Source: Anthoceros angustus (lineage: Eukaryota; Plantae; Anthocerotophyta). From it: a stretch of DNA of 58,024 nt. The notes beneath the pieces are model-generated. The model had not been told where the DNA came from, did no database searches, and saw only the letters and a list, made by a program, of their open reading frames with translations. This document shows, piece after piece, positions 1 to 11,067 of the stretch. Each line of letters opens with the position of its first letter. The stretch's first letter is position 1. Location: assembly GCA_010909165.1 (NCBI GenBank), contig MU008237.1, positions 1 through 58,024 of the forward strand, in the 5' to 3' direction. A program made the position numbers and the translations under genes.

Positions 1-1560
1 GGACATGAGCATCCTCATCCAGGCCGTAACTGTCGCTCTTGACTCTGAGGTTCTTACCCTCTCCTCCGTGGACAATCCAGGCGGGCCTTGGATTCGAGGA
101 TCGTATCCACTGCCTCACATCGGTGACTTCCCCACCTCGGTTCCTCCTTGGCGGTGGCGGTTTAGCCACCGTGGTGGTAGTTTCCCCGGTGGTGGCTTGC
201 TCTGCGTTCTTTGTGGCTCTGCCCTTCTTGGTTTGGCCACCTCTCTCTTGACTCGGCCCTAGCTTCATCTCTCTCGCTTATATCTCTCATGACTTCTTGA
301 ATTTCTCGGCGCCATTGTTTCCATTTGTTCACTGGGCTCATGAGACCTCATCTTGAAGCTCCTCGATTGTGGCATCGCCCCTTGACTGATTCACTAAGGC
401 CTCTGTTGGGTGGACATGGCCTTTAAGCTCACATGCCTTGCATAGGCCGCCTCGCATTCCGTCTGCGCTCCTCGCCACCTTGTTCTCCTTCGGGCTCTCC
501 AACTTCTCCTTGAGCAACTTTTCACAGTGGCCTGCACTCGGTGAGAGCCATGGCGGCTGAGAGATCACTGCGTCGAGCCATGGCCAGTCAACAGATTCCC
601 AATTGGGCTGTCCCTGCCCATTCCTTCCACAACAATTCTCGCCGCGGTGTCACCCTCCACTTGGACGGGTCGGTGAAATGTCGCCAAAAATGTTCGAGCT
701 CCGCGCGGACTTGGCTACTAACCCCTCTTCTTCTAGGGGTTGGTTTGCCAATCTCTCATCTCCAATCTCTCCTAGCGGCGACTCCTCCCACACAGGAGGG
801 CACAACTTGTCGTTCCCTTTTATTTTCTCCTCCTTCACTCCTCGTTCTATGCCGATTTGACACAGTGACCCTAGGTGTGGTGTGGGTTCCTCTTCTGCAG
901 GCATCCTTCCCTTCTTGGGCCCGTTCGGCCGTCGCGCCCTCGCTTCTTGCCCTTGGAAACCTCCCACCTTCTTCCAAGATCTTCTAGGGGCGCATTCCCA
1001 AGCTACTTTGGAATCCTTCCGGAATCTCCTTCCTCCTCCTCCTCTACCTTGGGTTCCACGGCGGTTTCCGGCTATGAAGGCGGAACCGACTTCAACTCCG
1101 TTAGACACCGGAATGCGAACACATGAATTAGAAAAGGTGAAATCAAGGAGGGCCGAGGAAACAAATTCGCCTCTCCTCCAGGCTCTTTCAAGATCATCCA
1201 ATCGATTTGTGTACCTTTAACCACCTCATGAAGAAAGACCGAGTAGTGATCGCCATATGATCCAACTTCGATTACGGGAAACACAAAATCACTTGGCTAA
1301 TCCCACAGTGTGAACACGAGTTGGCGAGTCACCCATCCATTGTTCACTCTCACTTCCCAGGCTTCATGGCGCGGCGCTGCTCTCGGGGTCTTCTTTCTGG
1401 GGTCAATTACCAAGCTTCCATCCTCGATGCTTCTCGCCCATACTCGAAGAGTCCCAAATCCAGTTTGCGGCCTCTTCCTCGCGTCTCCCTCTTGCAACTT
1501 GGTTCTCAATTGCACTCTTGCACCAATCTTTGGTAACACCATTTCATCTCCATAAATTCC
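1..1560 (-). pseudogene. Decayed TE-like coding remnant, possibly an LTR-retrotransposon accessory ORF with a charged or coiled-coil tail
   Basis: Overlapping broken minus-strand ORFs (1297-1542, 1072-1284, 650-1201, 338-568) with globular-looking and E/K/R-rich segments (CEKLLKEKLESPKENKV; DATIEELQDEVS). No family motif recognised. Confidence 0.3.
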
Positions 1561-2229
1561 GGACCCGGCTCACACGGGCCCGCTCTCACCTTCCATGGTC
1601 CATGTTGGGCCCCGCATGAGTGACGGCTCGGGCGCCATCTCTCTTTCTCCTTGTTTCTTGGAAAGAACCTCCACTAGCTGGTGGAAAGGAACACCACCCT
1701 CGCGTCTCCTCACTTCGTTCTTGGCGCTCTTGCCTCAGCGTCTCTTTTCCTCCTTCGCTACTCCGCCCTTCTGGTTCTCTTTTCGCCACGCGCCGTGCGC
1801 CACGCCAGCGCGTCGTGCTGCAATGACGAGCGAGCTCCGCCCGGCGGTTGCATCGCCGCGCCTGACTCTGCGGCTCCGCCCAGCCGGAATTTCGCAACCT
1901 CGCGGTGCTGGGTGTGTCCGTCTCTCGATTCCGGTATGCGGCCACTCCGCCACTAGGGTTGTAAACTCCCCACACATGCGTCCGTTCTTGACCACCGTGG
2001 TGGGCCCGGCTACCTCCGCTTGGCGCGTGTGGCGGTGTAGGCACCTAACATATATAGACACTTTCTTATTTCTAAAATCACCAAAACCCAAGGACTCTAT
2101 CTCACCTACCTATCCTTCGAAAAACCTAAGGTTCAAAAAAACAAATTATTATCCCAAGGGCCAAGGACCATTCGTATAAAAGACCTTACCAGGCGATTCT
2201 CAAAGCACTCGCTATACAAACACTCTTAA

Positions 2230-2900
2230 AACAAAAAAATGGTACATCCCAAGCGCTTGGAGGGCTGAGTGTATGTGGTCTTCCACAACAATCTTCCAGT
2301 AAACCACGGTATTGAAATGTCGGAGGACATAGAAAGGTGCGAGCAGTTGGAGCTTGGGGTCCACTTACATTGTTCGTAGGGTTTCGAAATTGCATTAACG
2401 TGGCATCCCGGTTCCACATTTCTTGGCTTGAAAGCCATCTGATCCGAGAACACCTTTGTAATCTATCACGGGGTGTGCAATTGATCAATGCCATAGGGTC
2501 TCTATGTGCGAGCACTTGCACCTCCGGATGCCGTGTCCATGTCAAACTTGCCCACAACACCCATCGCCCTTGCTTGTTGATTGGCGAGCCCCATGTAAGC
2601 ATTATCCACAACTTCAGAGGTCGGTTGCCCCATCTTCCTACGGGTCTCTTGCTTGAGTAACAAACCATTCTTTCTCTGTCTGCATTGTTCCTCAACTTTG
2701 GCTTGTGTGTCTTCGCAATTGCACTGTCTCCTCATATGTGTATGGCGATGGATTGGGCTCTGGGGTGCTCTTCTTTTTGCTCCGAGTCATTTCAGTCTTC
2801 TCTGCTGCTCCTCCATGCGCCTGTGGCACCAAGCCTGCAAAAACTTGTTGTGCTGCGCTGAAGAGAAACAGTGAGATTGCTACCAAGCCATACACCTATT
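2230..2900 (-). mobile_element. Ty3/gypsy-like aspartic protease remnant
   Basis: ETRRKMGQPTSEVVDNAYMGLANQQARAMGVVGKF, followed by a frameshifted RIRWL..QEMW segment, resembles the retropepsin pattern (KMG...MxLAxQ...xGxV...LLGRPWL...W). The catalytic D(S/G)G is not seen intact. Confidence 0.4.
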
Positions 2901-3685
2901 GGGGATATGGCACGTAGCGTCAGTTTCTGGCCAATTTCAAAACTGTTTGGCAGGGATCCAACAACTTTAGAGGCCTATTCTACTGGGTCTTAACTTGGAA
3001 ACCGGCTAAAGAAGTTGCAGGGTTTTATAAAGATTCCCAAGTTGCAATGCCTCCATTGGGTGCTCAGGTGGACCCTAAGGGTCAAGTGGAGAAGGCCATG
3101 AATGTATTCCATGTCTTGCTTGAAGCGGATGATGCCACTGCCAACTATCGCCGTGAGCTAGCGAGCGAGGAGCAGCTCAACACGAAGGACTGGACACCTG
3201 ATCAATGTCCAGATGAGGCTGTTGGCATGCGGGGAATCCGCAGCAGAGCGCGCGAAGGGCAATCCTAAGACAGCCGCTAGAGCTAGATAAGCGAACTAGG
3301 GTTAAAACAAGAGACAAGCCTGAGCGAAATTAAGCTAACCCCAGTCAATCACTAACCAGTCCAATAGTTAAGCTAGCTCAAGTAAAAAAATGGTTAGAAC
3401 CCGAGACGCGGGGTACCAGAACCAGGTGCTCCCATAATCAAATTGTCTCGATTTTGACACGCTCGCTTCTCCGCTCCAGCTCATCGTGCGTTTTGTGATG
3501 TTCGTGCATTACACTTTTTATACTTTATAATAATATATAGATATATTGATTATATCTTAATAATATGTGTATTTTCTCTGAGAGACATTTTTATTAGTTG
3601 ATGGTGCATTTTTCATAGACTATATTGGACAGTGTGAAGTACGATGAACCTCTACCATCGGGTTGGTTGGGGCTGAGCTCTGTTG

Positions 3686-3883
3686 CTGAAGGTGTGTCCA
3701 AATGGCTTAGGCCAAATGGACACACATTTATAAGAACGTCGTAAGCATCCTGAGCTTAGATCGGTACTTAGATGGGGTGCCTGAAGGTGTGTCCAAATGG
3801 CTTAGGCCAAATGGACACACATTTATAAGAACGTCGTAAGCATCCTGAGCTTAGATCGGTACTTAGATGGGGGTGCCTGAAGG
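3686..3883. repeat. Two tandem copies of a 95-bp unit, each containing a 34-nt hairpin
   Basis: 3686-3780 and 3781-3876 are near-identical. Each contains gtgtgtccaaatggc-ttag-gccaaatggacacac. Confidence 0.9.
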
Positions 3884-3983
3884 AGTGGATGCCCTTGGTG
3901 CAAGTAAGCTTAGGCACACCATGGTACAAGTTGTTAAGTACCAAGTCCCATGATGGAAGTCGACCTTAGTGGACTTCATGAAG

Positions 3984-4007
3984 TCTTCTTCTTCTTCTTC
4001 TTCTTCT
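3984..4007. repeat. (TTC)n microsatellite
   Basis: Eight TCT/TTC units. Confidence 0.95.
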
Positions 4008-4619
4008 AGTCCAAGTCCCACCGCTACGACAGTAGATTAGGACGAGCATCTTCTGAAGCGAAAGAGCTCATGGCCAAGCCTGGAATCTCCGTGGACAGCT
4101 AGTTGTGGCCTGCCCAAAGACCTCCCGAGCATGAGCTTGTCTCAATGATGCCCAGTACTTGTTCTTCATCGGCTTACCTTAGCACCCCGAAGTCGACCAA
4201 TGACCATGTGTGGAAGAAGGTTGCAGGTGCCAATGCTACATTCTCCAGGTGCAGGTGCCAATGCTACTTTCTCCAGGTGCAGTCCAGCCTTGCTATTCTG
4301 CAGCAATTTCCAGGTCCTGAGCACAGCTTAACTGCCGCTGTTCAGCAGCTTTGTAGGCACTGCCATTCACCGTCCAGGTCAGTCCACCAACCCTGGCCTG
4401 GCTGCTGTGGAGGCTGTGGGTTAGTGCGCGTAGCGAGGACGCGTTTGTGAGCGGCCTATCCTTGTCCATGCACCTCCGACAGCGGTCCCTGAACCATGGC
4501 CACAGCGAAGGCTGAAGCTTCTTTTCTTCTCTTTGCAGGTCATTGGCTTTCAGGCGGGACCCAACAAATTGGTGTGTGTACAGGGATTCTACGAGGAGCT
4601 CCTGCTAACCTCATCTTAG

Positions 4620-7112
4620 GAGTCGACCCCTGGCAAGCAAAGCCTCCAGGTGCAGCAGTGTAAGAGCCCAGCACTTTCCTTCCGAGAAAGTGTGGTGGGG
4701 ACGGTTTTCCAGCGATGGTCGTTGCCAGGAGCAGGAGCACTTGTGGCAACAATTTTTCTGGACCCTACCATGTGGTGGGACAACAGACGAGATAAGAAGA
4801 GCTCCCGTTCTCCTGACTTCCGGCGTAAGGGGTCCGGCGAGGTGCTGTGGTTAAATAAGTTCAAGCCAGCTTGGGTTGATGAGCAGCTTATTTCCTTGGA
4901 TATGCAGATGGGCCATGTTGCCTCTCCTTCCGAGTTAAGCTCTCCAGATAAGCCTGAACCTGGCAGGCGTGCAGGATCGGAAATGGGCGTCGTAACTGCT
5001 GTTACCGTGAGCACGTTATGTCAGCAGGAAGCTTTCTGAGGCCGTTGGAGCCCTGGAATCTCTGGCGCAGACAGACTGCTGCCATTTCTCAGTCTCTGTT
5101 TTATACTGTACTCAAACTTTGTACGGTTACGAAGAATTTGGTTGTGGGGCGACGAGTTCATTGTCTCACTGCCAAACTTGGGTACGAGTCGAATGCATAC
5201 TTGGGGAACCATATCTTGCGCATGTATGCACGCGGAGGCAGGCTGCAGGAGGCCATGGATGTGTTCACCAGGGTAGGCAGGCCAGATGTCTTCATGTGGG
5301 GCTCCATAATCTCAGCCCATGCTAAACATGGGAAACCTCATGAGGCTATACAACTCTACCATAAGATGCGTAGGTCAGGGGTGGAGGCGGTCACGCTGAC
5401 TTTGTTGCTGGCTGCCCTTCAGGCTTGTGCATTTGCTGCCTGCTGTGCCGACTTGGAATCTGAAGAAAAGTGCACTGATGTGGTGAGTGGCATTCCTACT
5501 AACTTGTTTGTTGGCAACTGCCTGGTGGACATGTATGCAAAATGTGGTGAACTGAAAGATGCACGCCAGGTTTTTGACAGCATGACAAAAGGATGTGGTG
5601 ACATGGAATGCCCTGATTGCTGGGTATGCACAGCAAGGACTCTGAGGCGCTTGTTGTGTATGGACAAATGGAGGAGGAGGGCCTCATTTTGGCTGACCAT
5701 GTTATTTTTGCTTGCCTTCTGAAGGCCTGTGCAAGCACTGGTGCCTTACAGAAGGGCAGGCAGCTGCACTCACAGATTGTGAAAGAGGACTGCTGGATGA
5801 CGTGGTGGGCAACTGCCTGGTGGACATGTATGCAAAATGTGGTGAACTGGAAGATGCACGCCAGGTTTTTGACAGCATGAACACAAAGGATGTGGTGACA
5901 TGGAATGCGCTGATTGCTGGGTATGCACAGCAAGGACTCGGCCAAGAGGCGCTTGTTGTGTATGGACAAATGGAGGAGGCGGGCCTCATTTTGGCTAACC
6001 ATGTTACTTTTGCTTGCCTTCTGAAGGCCTGTGCAAGCACTGGTGCCTTACAGAAGGGCAGGCAGCTGCACTCACAGATTGTCGAAAGAGGCCTGCTGGA
6101 TAACGTAGTGTTGGGCACCTGCCTGGTGGATATGTATGCAAAATGTGGTGAACTGGAAGATGCACAACAGGTTTTTGACAGCATGCACATAAAGAATGTG
6201 GTCACATGGAATGCCCTGATTGCTGGGTATGGTACTTGTGATGAAGGTCAGAAGGCACTAGCTTGTTTTGAGGAGATGTCACTTGCCGGTGTTCAGCCTA
6301 ATGATGCTACTCTTACTAGCCTTTTAGTAGCATCCAGTCATGAGGGACTGGTCGATGAGGGTCGCAAGCGCCTTGATTCCATGGCTGAACAACATGGCAT
6401 CAAACCTACAATTGAGCATTACACCTGTATGATTGATCTTCTTGGGCGTGCGGGCTATTTAGATGAGGCAGAGAACATGTTGCTATCATGCGAGGGCCAG
6501 ACTGACGTTGTGGGATTGACGTCTTTGTTGAATGCCTGCAAGAGTCATGGGGATATAGAGAGGGCGGTTTGGTGTTTTGAAAGCATTGTTAAACTGGACC
6601 CTCAGCAGGCGTCGGCGTATGTGCTCATGGCCACTGCCTACGCAGATGCAGGTAGGTGGGCCGATGTAGACAGGATTCAAACTTTGAGACTGGCAGCAGG
6701 AGGTAACAAGAAACCCGCAGTGGCAACTATCGAGGTGAATAAGCACGTACACAGATTTCTGGTTGGAGAAAGGAAAGAGGATATTGCGTTAAAGGTACAG
6801 AGCACGAATGCCCATTTGAAGCAGGACGGAGGCCATATACCTCACACAAAGTTAGTGTTGAAGCCACTGTGTGAGAAGGAAAAGGAAGATGTGCTTTGTG
6901 GGCATGCTGAGAAGCTAGCTCTGGCGTTTGGTCTCTTGAACACTCCGAGTGGGACGCCTCTGGTGGTAACGAAGAATCTACGCATGTGCAGTGACTGCCA
7001 CAGTTCCACGGAGATCATGTCAAGGCTTGAACAGAGAGACATTGTTGTAAGGGACGGGTACCGTGTGCATCGATTCGCAGCTGGTTGTTGCAGTTGTAAG
7101 GGTCGACCGTGA
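4620..7112 (+). CDS. PLS-class PPR protein with E1-E2 and DYW:KP (GRP-terminal) deaminase-family domain, plus an N-terminal PDF (OSB-type) motif; frameshifted in this sequence; start codon not located
   Basis: ORFs 5018-5722 and 5712-7112 give canonical P/L/S motifs (VVTWNALIAGYAQQG; HVTFACLLKAC; GTCLVDMYAKCG), P2-L2-S2 and E1/E2. These are followed by KKPAVATIEV, HAEKLALAFGL, CSDCH and the terminus CSCKGRP*. ORF 4650-5039 carries WWDNRRDKKSSRSPDFRRKGSGEVLWL. The frames join across 1-2 nt deletions. Confidence 0.92.
4735..4890 (+). other. PDF motif of organellar ssDNA-binding (OSB/PTAC9-type) proteins
   Basis: EHLWQQFF(x)DPTMWWDNRRDKKSSRSPDFRRKGSGEVLWLNKFKPAWVDEQL, with one 1-nt frameshift after FF, matches the OSB consensus as recalled (LWQxFFxNPxxWWDNRxxKxNPxxPDFKHKxTGEALWL...PxWV). 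Confidence 0.85.
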
Positions 7113-7693
7113 GAATAATGATCAGCTGTTCATCGGAGGGTGAGGCTAAAATTTCTTCGTCAAAACAATCTGTGATAGGCCTCCCCCTCGCCAAAGAATC
7201 TCCTGCCCTCGGGAGGAAAGGCAACCAAACCAATTGAGCTGCAGGAGCAAGCTTTGTATTGGAGTGGCAGTGGTGTGCTATGCGGTGGATGTATCATGCC
7301 GCCTCAGTGAGTTTGGTTCCACTACGGTTCCTTCGCTGGTTCCTTTCCTTCACGGTTTTTGGGAACCTCTCTATACGGTGGTTTTCTTTTGCACAGGACA
7401 GCAACGTAGCGGATGACAGGATTTGGCGGGTGGCGCGGCGCCCTTTTTCTCACACGGAATCTTGGAAGGAACCCAGAGCATCGCCAAATTTCTAAGCACT
7501 GTGTCTAGAGACCGGATTCTCAACTGGGATGTGCTCAAGTTGAAATTGCAAAGATGGTTGTCTTACCTTTATTAATATGATTTAGATATATTACAGCTAT
7601 CCGACTCATCACCGTCAACTTTATATCTTTTACCATATTTACTGGTTTAATTAAACCATGAGAATACAATGTATCACACAACGGCTCGAGGTC

Positions 7694-8105
7694 GTATGTT
7701 TCTAACTGATTGATCGGCCCGAGAAAGTATGTTTCTAACTGATTGATCGGCCCAAGAAAGTATGTTTCTAACTAATCGGCCCGAAAAAGTATGTTTCTAA
7801 CTGATTGATCGGCCCAAGAAAGTATGTTTCTAACTAATCGGCCCGAGAAAGTATGTTTCTAACTAATCAGCCTGAGAAAGTATGTTTCTAACTAATCGGC
7901 CCGAGGAAGGTCTTTCATCTCGAGGATTCATCCTATCACGCCCGAGGAAATATGTTTCCAAGTAATTGACCGGGCCCGAGGAAGTATGTTTCTAACTGAT
8001 TGATTGGCCCAAGGAAGTATGTTTCCAATTACGGAGCGAGGAAGTATGTTTCTAATTGATCGATTGGCCCGAGGAAGTATGTTTCTAATTAATCAGCCTA
8101 AGGAA
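7694..8105. repeat. Minisatellite of 29-33 bp units
   Basis: About a dozen copies of g(a/g)aagtatgtttctaact(gattg)atcggccc(g/a)a, interrupted by short variant segments. Confidence 0.9.
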
Positions 8106-8782
8106 GGTCTTTTGTATGAGGATTCGTCCTATCATGCCTTTTGTTCATCTATCTCACAAATGTGTTAGGTCTTTTGTCAACTAGATGAGTATTTATATTC
8201 CACTTAATTCAGAGACGCCCGAGTATTCATATTCCAATCAAATCAGAGGGGCCAAGGAACTTACATACAACTCAAGAAAATAAAACCCGCCAGTGATTTT
8301 TAGTTAGATGTCTAATTCCCTACTTCCAAATGTTTTATAGCTCATCATATATTTTAGAAAAATACTTTAATGATAAAATAAATATTTTCATATCCAACGT
8401 AGCTTTTGAAGAGGATAGTGGCAAGTCTTGGTACTAATAAGGCCATCTGTAGCTATAATACTGCAATAACCTGCAAAGCGCTCGATTTTAGACTTTTGGG
8501 GTAGTTTTGGAGGATTACCTCTTTTTAATAATTATTAGAACTCTTTATTAATTATAATATGTAATTTGTTTTTACCTTTTAATTTATGCATTCTAAAACC
8601 AGAAAGATCATCTCAAATATAGAACTAAGCTGGTGGATCCACCCTCATGAAGTGGAAACTAAGCTGGTGGATCCACCTCATGAAGTGGAAGAAGAAATCA
8701 GGTGACTAGTAGTTATTTTAGTTTTATGCCAAGGAAATGTTTGTCAGTTTTTACTTTTAAGAAGCCTGTGTTGAGACAACCT

Positions 8783-8866
8783 GTCAGGATGGCCGAGTGG
8801 TCTAAGGCGCCAGACTCAAGTTCTGGTCTTCGAAAGGGGGCGTGGGTTCAAACCCCACTTCTGACA
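8783..8866 (+). tRNA. tRNA-Leu(CAA), intronless
   Basis: GTCAGGA...TCTGACA acceptor stem, A box TGGCCGAGTGG, anticodon arm CCAGA-CTCAAGT-TCTGG, long variable arm and B box GGTTCAAACC. An upstream CAA sits at about -7, as is typical of plant Pol III genes. Confidence 0.97.
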
Positions 8867-8949
8867 TCGCGGAGCATGATAAAAGAACTCTTTCCCTTTT
8901 CAAGAATCCTTGTTGGCCATGGAATGTTGGCTCACCTTCGAATCAGCCT

Positions 8950-9235
8950 GGCCTCTCCGAATCCACTGGGATCGAATTCGTCGATTCTTCAGTGCATTAA
9001 CTGCTTCAGGGACGGCCTCTCCGAATCCACTGGGATCGAATTCGTCGATTCTTCAGTGCATTAACTGCTTCAGGGCTGCTTCAGGTGATTCTTCAGTGCA
9101 TTAACTGCTTCAGGGCCGTCCCTGAAGCAGCGGGATTATCGCCCGAGGTCTCCGAATCACTGGGATCGAATTCGTCGATTCTTCAGTGCATTAACTGCTT
9201 CAGGGCGTCCCTGAAGCAGCGGGATTATCGCCCTC
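8950..9235. repeat. Tandem array of about 66-bp units with an 11-bp perfect stem hairpin, downstream of the tRNA
   Basis: The core gattcttcagtgcattaactgcttcaggg occurs four times. ctccgaatc(c)actgggatcgaattcgtc occurs three times. ctgcttcaggg-c(c)gt-ccctgaagcag occurs twice. Confidence 0.85.
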
Positions 9236-10229
9236 CAACCTAAAACATGCCCATTATACCGTGTGGTGCATGATCAGCACTCAGGGAATTTAAGGTCGAC
9301 GTGTACGACCACTGGCTGATCCTGTAGTGTACGTGAATAAGGAGCAAGCCCATCTTCGGCAGACAGACACATTCACACTGGATTCCCATCGGTGCCACGG
9401 TGCTACGGTGACCATTGTGCATACATGAGAGGAAAAAGTTAAACAGATTCTGATCAAAATGCATGCCTTGAACACGTGACCGTGTTGTATGGATGAGCTT
9501 GCACCCGTCTGAATGGTGCGTGCACGAATGATTCCACACACTGATAACATCAGCTCCCGGCGCGCGGGCGGCTATTGAGAATGCAGCTCGAGCAGCTACG
9601 CGTACTAGATTTCAGCAATCCTCCCGAAGGCAATCCAGATGCAGGTTAGGGTCGACAACACAAGGCCCCGTAAGTTCCCGAGCAGCATATCCGAATTGTC
9701 AGAAAAGTTGGAACAGATAACGATGTGGTAGGGTCAAGGCAACCTCGCATGAGAAAAGATGTGGCGAACCCCAACACATCAAAGGCAAGTGATGGGTGGA
9801 TTGGACATATCCGTCGGTGCAGTGGTGCACGGCTTGAGTCCGACATGCAGATTGCAACAACGCCTGCATAATTGAGCGGGCCCGGGGCTGCGTGTGCTGT
9901 TTACGTCGTCACGAATACACATTTTTTCGTTGAGTGAATCGCTGGCGCTCCAGTTACCCGCTGCCAGCAACCAGCAACCAGCTACCAGCTGTGGTCTCAC
10001 CGATCGATGCGAGGCAGCGTATACAGCTGTCAGGATAAGTGGCCTGCAGCAACTCTAGAGCTCCATCCCGGGCCCCGATCCGGAGGTCCTGCCATCGATA
10101 TTTAAAGAGCTGCAGCCTGCTGCAAAACCTGCGCAAGCACGTTCGCTGCTTCAGCTCGCGTTTGCTCCCAGATACATTGATCTACACGTACGTCTGTTCG
10201 TGTCCATCTTGATCCAGTACTCGTCCGAC

Positions 10230-11067
10230 ATGGTGAATGCAGCGCCTCACACATGGGTCGCCGCGGGGACGGCTGCGACGGCGATCGCCGCGCTCTTGAT
10301 GATACTATGCGCATGCGCATGCGGAGCTCACGATCCGCACCGTGACTGCTGGCGTGGGTGCACGTAGGAGTGCAGGCTACGCACACACTGGTCATCTGCT
10401 CCAGAGCGGTGCAGGCACCAGCTGCGGCGTCACCGCGACCGAAGTGGGAGCCTCCTTCGACGCCTACCGCTCGGGAGACTGCGCCGACTCTGTTGTAGTG
10501 GACTGCTGCACCTACTTCGTGGCAGACCTGCAGTACCTGGACCCGGGCAAGGCCACCGGGGATGAAAAGCAGAGCGCGCTGCCCAACTTCATCCAGACCT
10601 GCCGCACGGCCTTGCGGAGCGTGGGGCAGGACGGGGTGTGCGCGCTGGTGAGGGACGATCCTGCCACCTTCGGTGTGCTGCAGCCGCTGCTGGACAGGTG
10701 CGAGAATCTGAGGGAGCCGTGCGTCCGGACGGCGCCGCCGCCGCCCTGCGACACCAGCGTGGCTACCGTGAACACCGCCGTGGCAGCGGCCTATGCCTCC
10801 TTGCAATCGTGCGGCACCGACGGTTACACAAGGAAGTGCACCGACCAGGGACCTGCCAATGCGTACGAGTGCCCTCAGTCGGGTATGTGCGACGACGGCA
10901 CCCAGTGCAGCTTCGCTCCCAGTCGTGGCTCGGAGCTCGTTTGCTGCGACATCGCGCGCAACGGGCTCTTCGCTGCCGTGCCTTGCTTGGACGTGTGTGG
11001 GATCTATCGCATCAGTGCCCAGGCCAGAAACTTCCTCACAGTCTGTAGCGACGTTAGTAGGTGCTAG
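10230..11067 (+). CDS. Secreted Cys-rich protein, copy 1 (frameshift in the signal or pro-region)
   Basis: ATG at 10230 is homologous to copy 2. An 11-nt deletion in a gcatgc repeat at about 10310 shifts the frame. ORF 10342-11067 has 20 Cys in the mature part. A TATA-like tatttaaa lies near 10100. Confidence 0.7.

Noticed and set aside
4103-4450. 115-aa ORF as the first exon of the PPR gene
   Set aside because: No reliable splice path to 4620 can be fixed given the indel noise. Acceptor-like sites at 4538 and 4619 are both plausible.
5419-6205. Repetitive minus-strand ORFs of 93-167 aa
   Set aside because: Antisense shadows of the duplicated PPR triplets.
7694-8105. CRISPR-like appearance of about 30-bp repeats
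   Set aside because: Units are contiguous without unique spacers, there are no cas genes, and the context is eukaryotic. The same applies to 8950-9235 and 56200-56625.
8702-9104. ORFs spanning the tRNA and downstream repeats
   Set aside because: They read through a canonical tRNA and tandem repeats and have no protein features.
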